DNA from: a virus
Direction: 5' to 3' (one strand)
DNA length: 64,000 nucleotides
Virus record (IMG/VR): IMGVR_UViG_3300044701_003423
Of the stretch, positions 62,418 through 64,000 are shown in pieces. The number at the start of each line of letters is the position of its first letter. Position 1 is the first letter of the stretch. Below the pieces are notes generated by a model. The model was not told the origin of the DNA, made no database searches, and worked only from the letters and a program-made list of their open reading frames with translations. A program made the translations under genes and the position numbers.

Positions 62418-63998
62418 TTATTCTTCAGTCCACATAATATCAATTTCTAGGTTTGCTAAAATTGAAATTCCATTAAAGTTTAAACACAAACTCTCATTAA
62501 CTCCGCGCAAAACAATTGGTTGCAAATTAGGATGAGTGGCAAATTCCATGTCCACAAAACTTCCCGGTTGGACAGGGTTATCGCCCCCTTTAGAGCCAGT
62601 GCTTACAAACAAGCTTTCCTGCCGAACAGTTCCTGCCGCCGTTCCCAATACAGGCAAGCTAGAGTATCTTGTAACGGTAGCTGTAGCTGCGGGATTGGCA
62701 GAGTCATGAGGGATAGGGGCAACGGCTGTTGGCGTATCGCCTGTGTTTAAAGTCGAACGCTTAATTAAAAATATGTCGTAGTTTGTATTAGTAGTATTTG
62801 CTGGATTCGCTGTTCCCGAAATATGTACTCGATAAATTCTAATTGTTTTTGTAGCGCTGCCGCTAATACAAACCACATCCGTTGCGTTTGCGTAAGGGAT
62901 ATAGTTAGTTACAGATGCAGTATATGTGCTTTTCCAACTATCTAAAACACTAACATTCCAAGGACTATCTTGAGTTGCAGCAACAGTTAAAGCACCGCTT
63001 GGGTTTACTTTGACGTTAACAAAACCGCCGCCGCCCGCAGTTGTTTGTCCAGTGATAACAGAGCGAGTTAGAGATGCGAGCGTATTGTTTGTTAAAGTGT
63101 CGCTAATCTTAACGTAGTCCGATGTGGTTCCGCCTGCCCAACAAGCCGTAGCAACAGCAATATTTGTGCCATTTGCCGCATTTTTAGAAATATGCAAACT
63201 TAATGGCAAGTCTGGGTTTGTAATTGATGGATCGTATTGGCTGTTTGGTATTTTTAGTGTGTGAAAAGGAATCCACAAACCATCTGGACTAAATACTTCA
63301 AAAATGACCGAAGCTGAGCCAAGCCAAGCAAATCTAATTCTAAAAAGATTGCTGTAATTTAGATTAATCGCCTCTGGGATACCGTTGCGAGTAAAGTTTG
63401 AAGTTGAGCCGCCGTTTAAAGCATCGCCATTCCATAAGCTTCTGGCAACAAATGTATTAACTCCGGAGGTTCTTTTGGTAATACCAAATAAATTATTTTC
63501 ATATCCAATATAAAAACCATTATTGTCGTCAAAAATACCGATACGCTGAAATGTGTTTGCGACACCTGTAGTAAACGCAGCCGTAAAGTAGCTGTAAATT
63601 TCATGAGCAGGGCGATAGATAACTTTTTGAGTGGTCACCACCTTTGTAGAAGCTGTGGCTGCCGCTCCAGTTGCATAAATAGAATGGCCGCTTGTAATAG
63701 TGACAAACCCGCCGCCTGTAAATGTTTCTGTTATTAAACCGGCACCTGGAGCCACTTCAAAGTTGATTTCAACTTGATTATATCTTGCTCCAGAAATACC
63801 AACCCCTAGAATATCTTGAGGAGACACAACGTTCAATGATAAAGCATCAATTGCTGATTCAATTTGAGTTAGTTGAGTCGATTGAGTATCTTGTTTTGCA
63901 GCCGTTGCTGCTCCGGTGGGTAGGCTAATTGTTCCTGAAACATCGTTAATGTTCCAAGTGCCTGCTTGATTAGCACTTACCGTGCCAGAAATAGGCAA
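62418..63998 (-). CDS. tail fibre / receptor-binding-like structural protein
   Basis: 526-aa ORF. N-terminal GTISLPTGAATAAKQDTQ motif, typical of phage fibre N-termini. Ser/Thr/Gly/Asn-rich beta composition. The ATG is 2 nt from the window edge, so the true start may lie outside. Confidence 0.5.
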   Translation of the reverse strand: MPISGTVSANQAGTWNINDVSGTISLPTGAATAAKQDTQSTQLTQIESAIDALSLNVVSPQDILGVGISGARYNQVEINFEVAPGAGLITETFTGGGFVTITSGHSIYATGAAATASTKVVTTQKVIYRPAHEIYSYFTAAFTTGVANTFQRIGIFDDNNGFYIGYENNLFGITKRTSGVNTFVARSLWNGDALNGGSTSNFTRNGIPEAINLNYSNLFRIRFAWLGSASVIFEVFSPDGLWIPFHTLKIPNSQYDPSITNPDLPLSLHISKNAANGTNIAVATACWAGGTTSDYVKISDTLTNNTLASLTRSVITGQTTAGGGGFVNVKVNPSGALTVAATQDSPWNVSVLDSWKSTYTASVTNYIPYANATDVVCISGSATKTIRIYRVHISGTANPANTTNTNYDIFLIKRSTLNTGDTPTAVAPIPHDSANPAATATVTRYSSLPVLGTAAGTVRQESLFVSTGSKGGDNPVQPGSFVDMEFATHPNLQPIVLRGVNESLCLNFNGISILANLEIDIMWTEE

Positions 63999-64000
63999 TG

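Noticed and set aside
62201-62443. 80-aa minus-strand ORF between the tail-fibre-like gene and the giant protein
   Set aside because: It has no SD, and its translation is low-complexity. A 32-codon ATG-initiated remnant (62201..62299) is possible but unsupported. The region more likely holds a weak terminator (ccctc/gaggg, 62395-62408) and the leader of the giant gene.
1-64000. tRNA/rRNA genes, integrase or repressor lysogeny module, terminase and portal
   Set aside because: The non-coding gaps are short and show no cloverleaf-like structure. No ORF showed recombinase, terminase or portal motifs that I could recognise. These genes may lie outside the window.

Overview
The window looks like one continuous stretch of a tailed dsDNA phage genome (Caudoviricetes). 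It is almost entirely coding. I saw no rRNA, tRNA, integrase or obvious host housekeeping genes. A lipobox, an OMP-like C-terminal signal, a GmhA homologue and periplasm-targeted proteins suggest a Gram-negative host. Layout: (1) 14-25448, minus strand, holds the virion/late genes: collar-domain tail fibre, probable major capsid, scaffold-like acidic protein and large internal virion proteins. Two islands interrupt this block: a tightly coupled HARE-HTH / GmhA / deaminase / alliinase-like PLP operon at 3710-6618, and a nucleotide-metabolism island (dCMP deaminase, NrdAB, dNMP kinase) at 16283-19980. (2) 24000-25577 holds a putative initiator gene with five 24-bp iterons inside it, next to the divergent strand-switch region. 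(3) 25578-50213, plus strand, is the replication/recombination block: SSB, GroEL-like chaperonin, SbcCD-like nuclease split by a Mom-like GNAT, DnaE-type polymerase, DnaB-like helicase, AAA+ ATPase, AEP primase, RuvC, a gp32/UvsY/UvsX-like set, exported ClpP-class proteases and a tandem array of small paralogous genes. (4) 50210-51476, minus strand, is a lysis island with a GH24 endolysin and a spanin-like protein. (5) 53776-62181, minus strand, is an operon of multidomain 'polyvalent'-type proteins (ART-like+Nudix, GNAT, ParB-like) that share a repeated linker motif. (6) 62418-63998 is a tail-fibre-like gene that touches the window edge. A conserved 29-nt bipartite motif, CTAAAGT-N16-GATAAG, recurs upstream of several genes. 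All functional calls rest on motif recognition by eye; no database searches were run.
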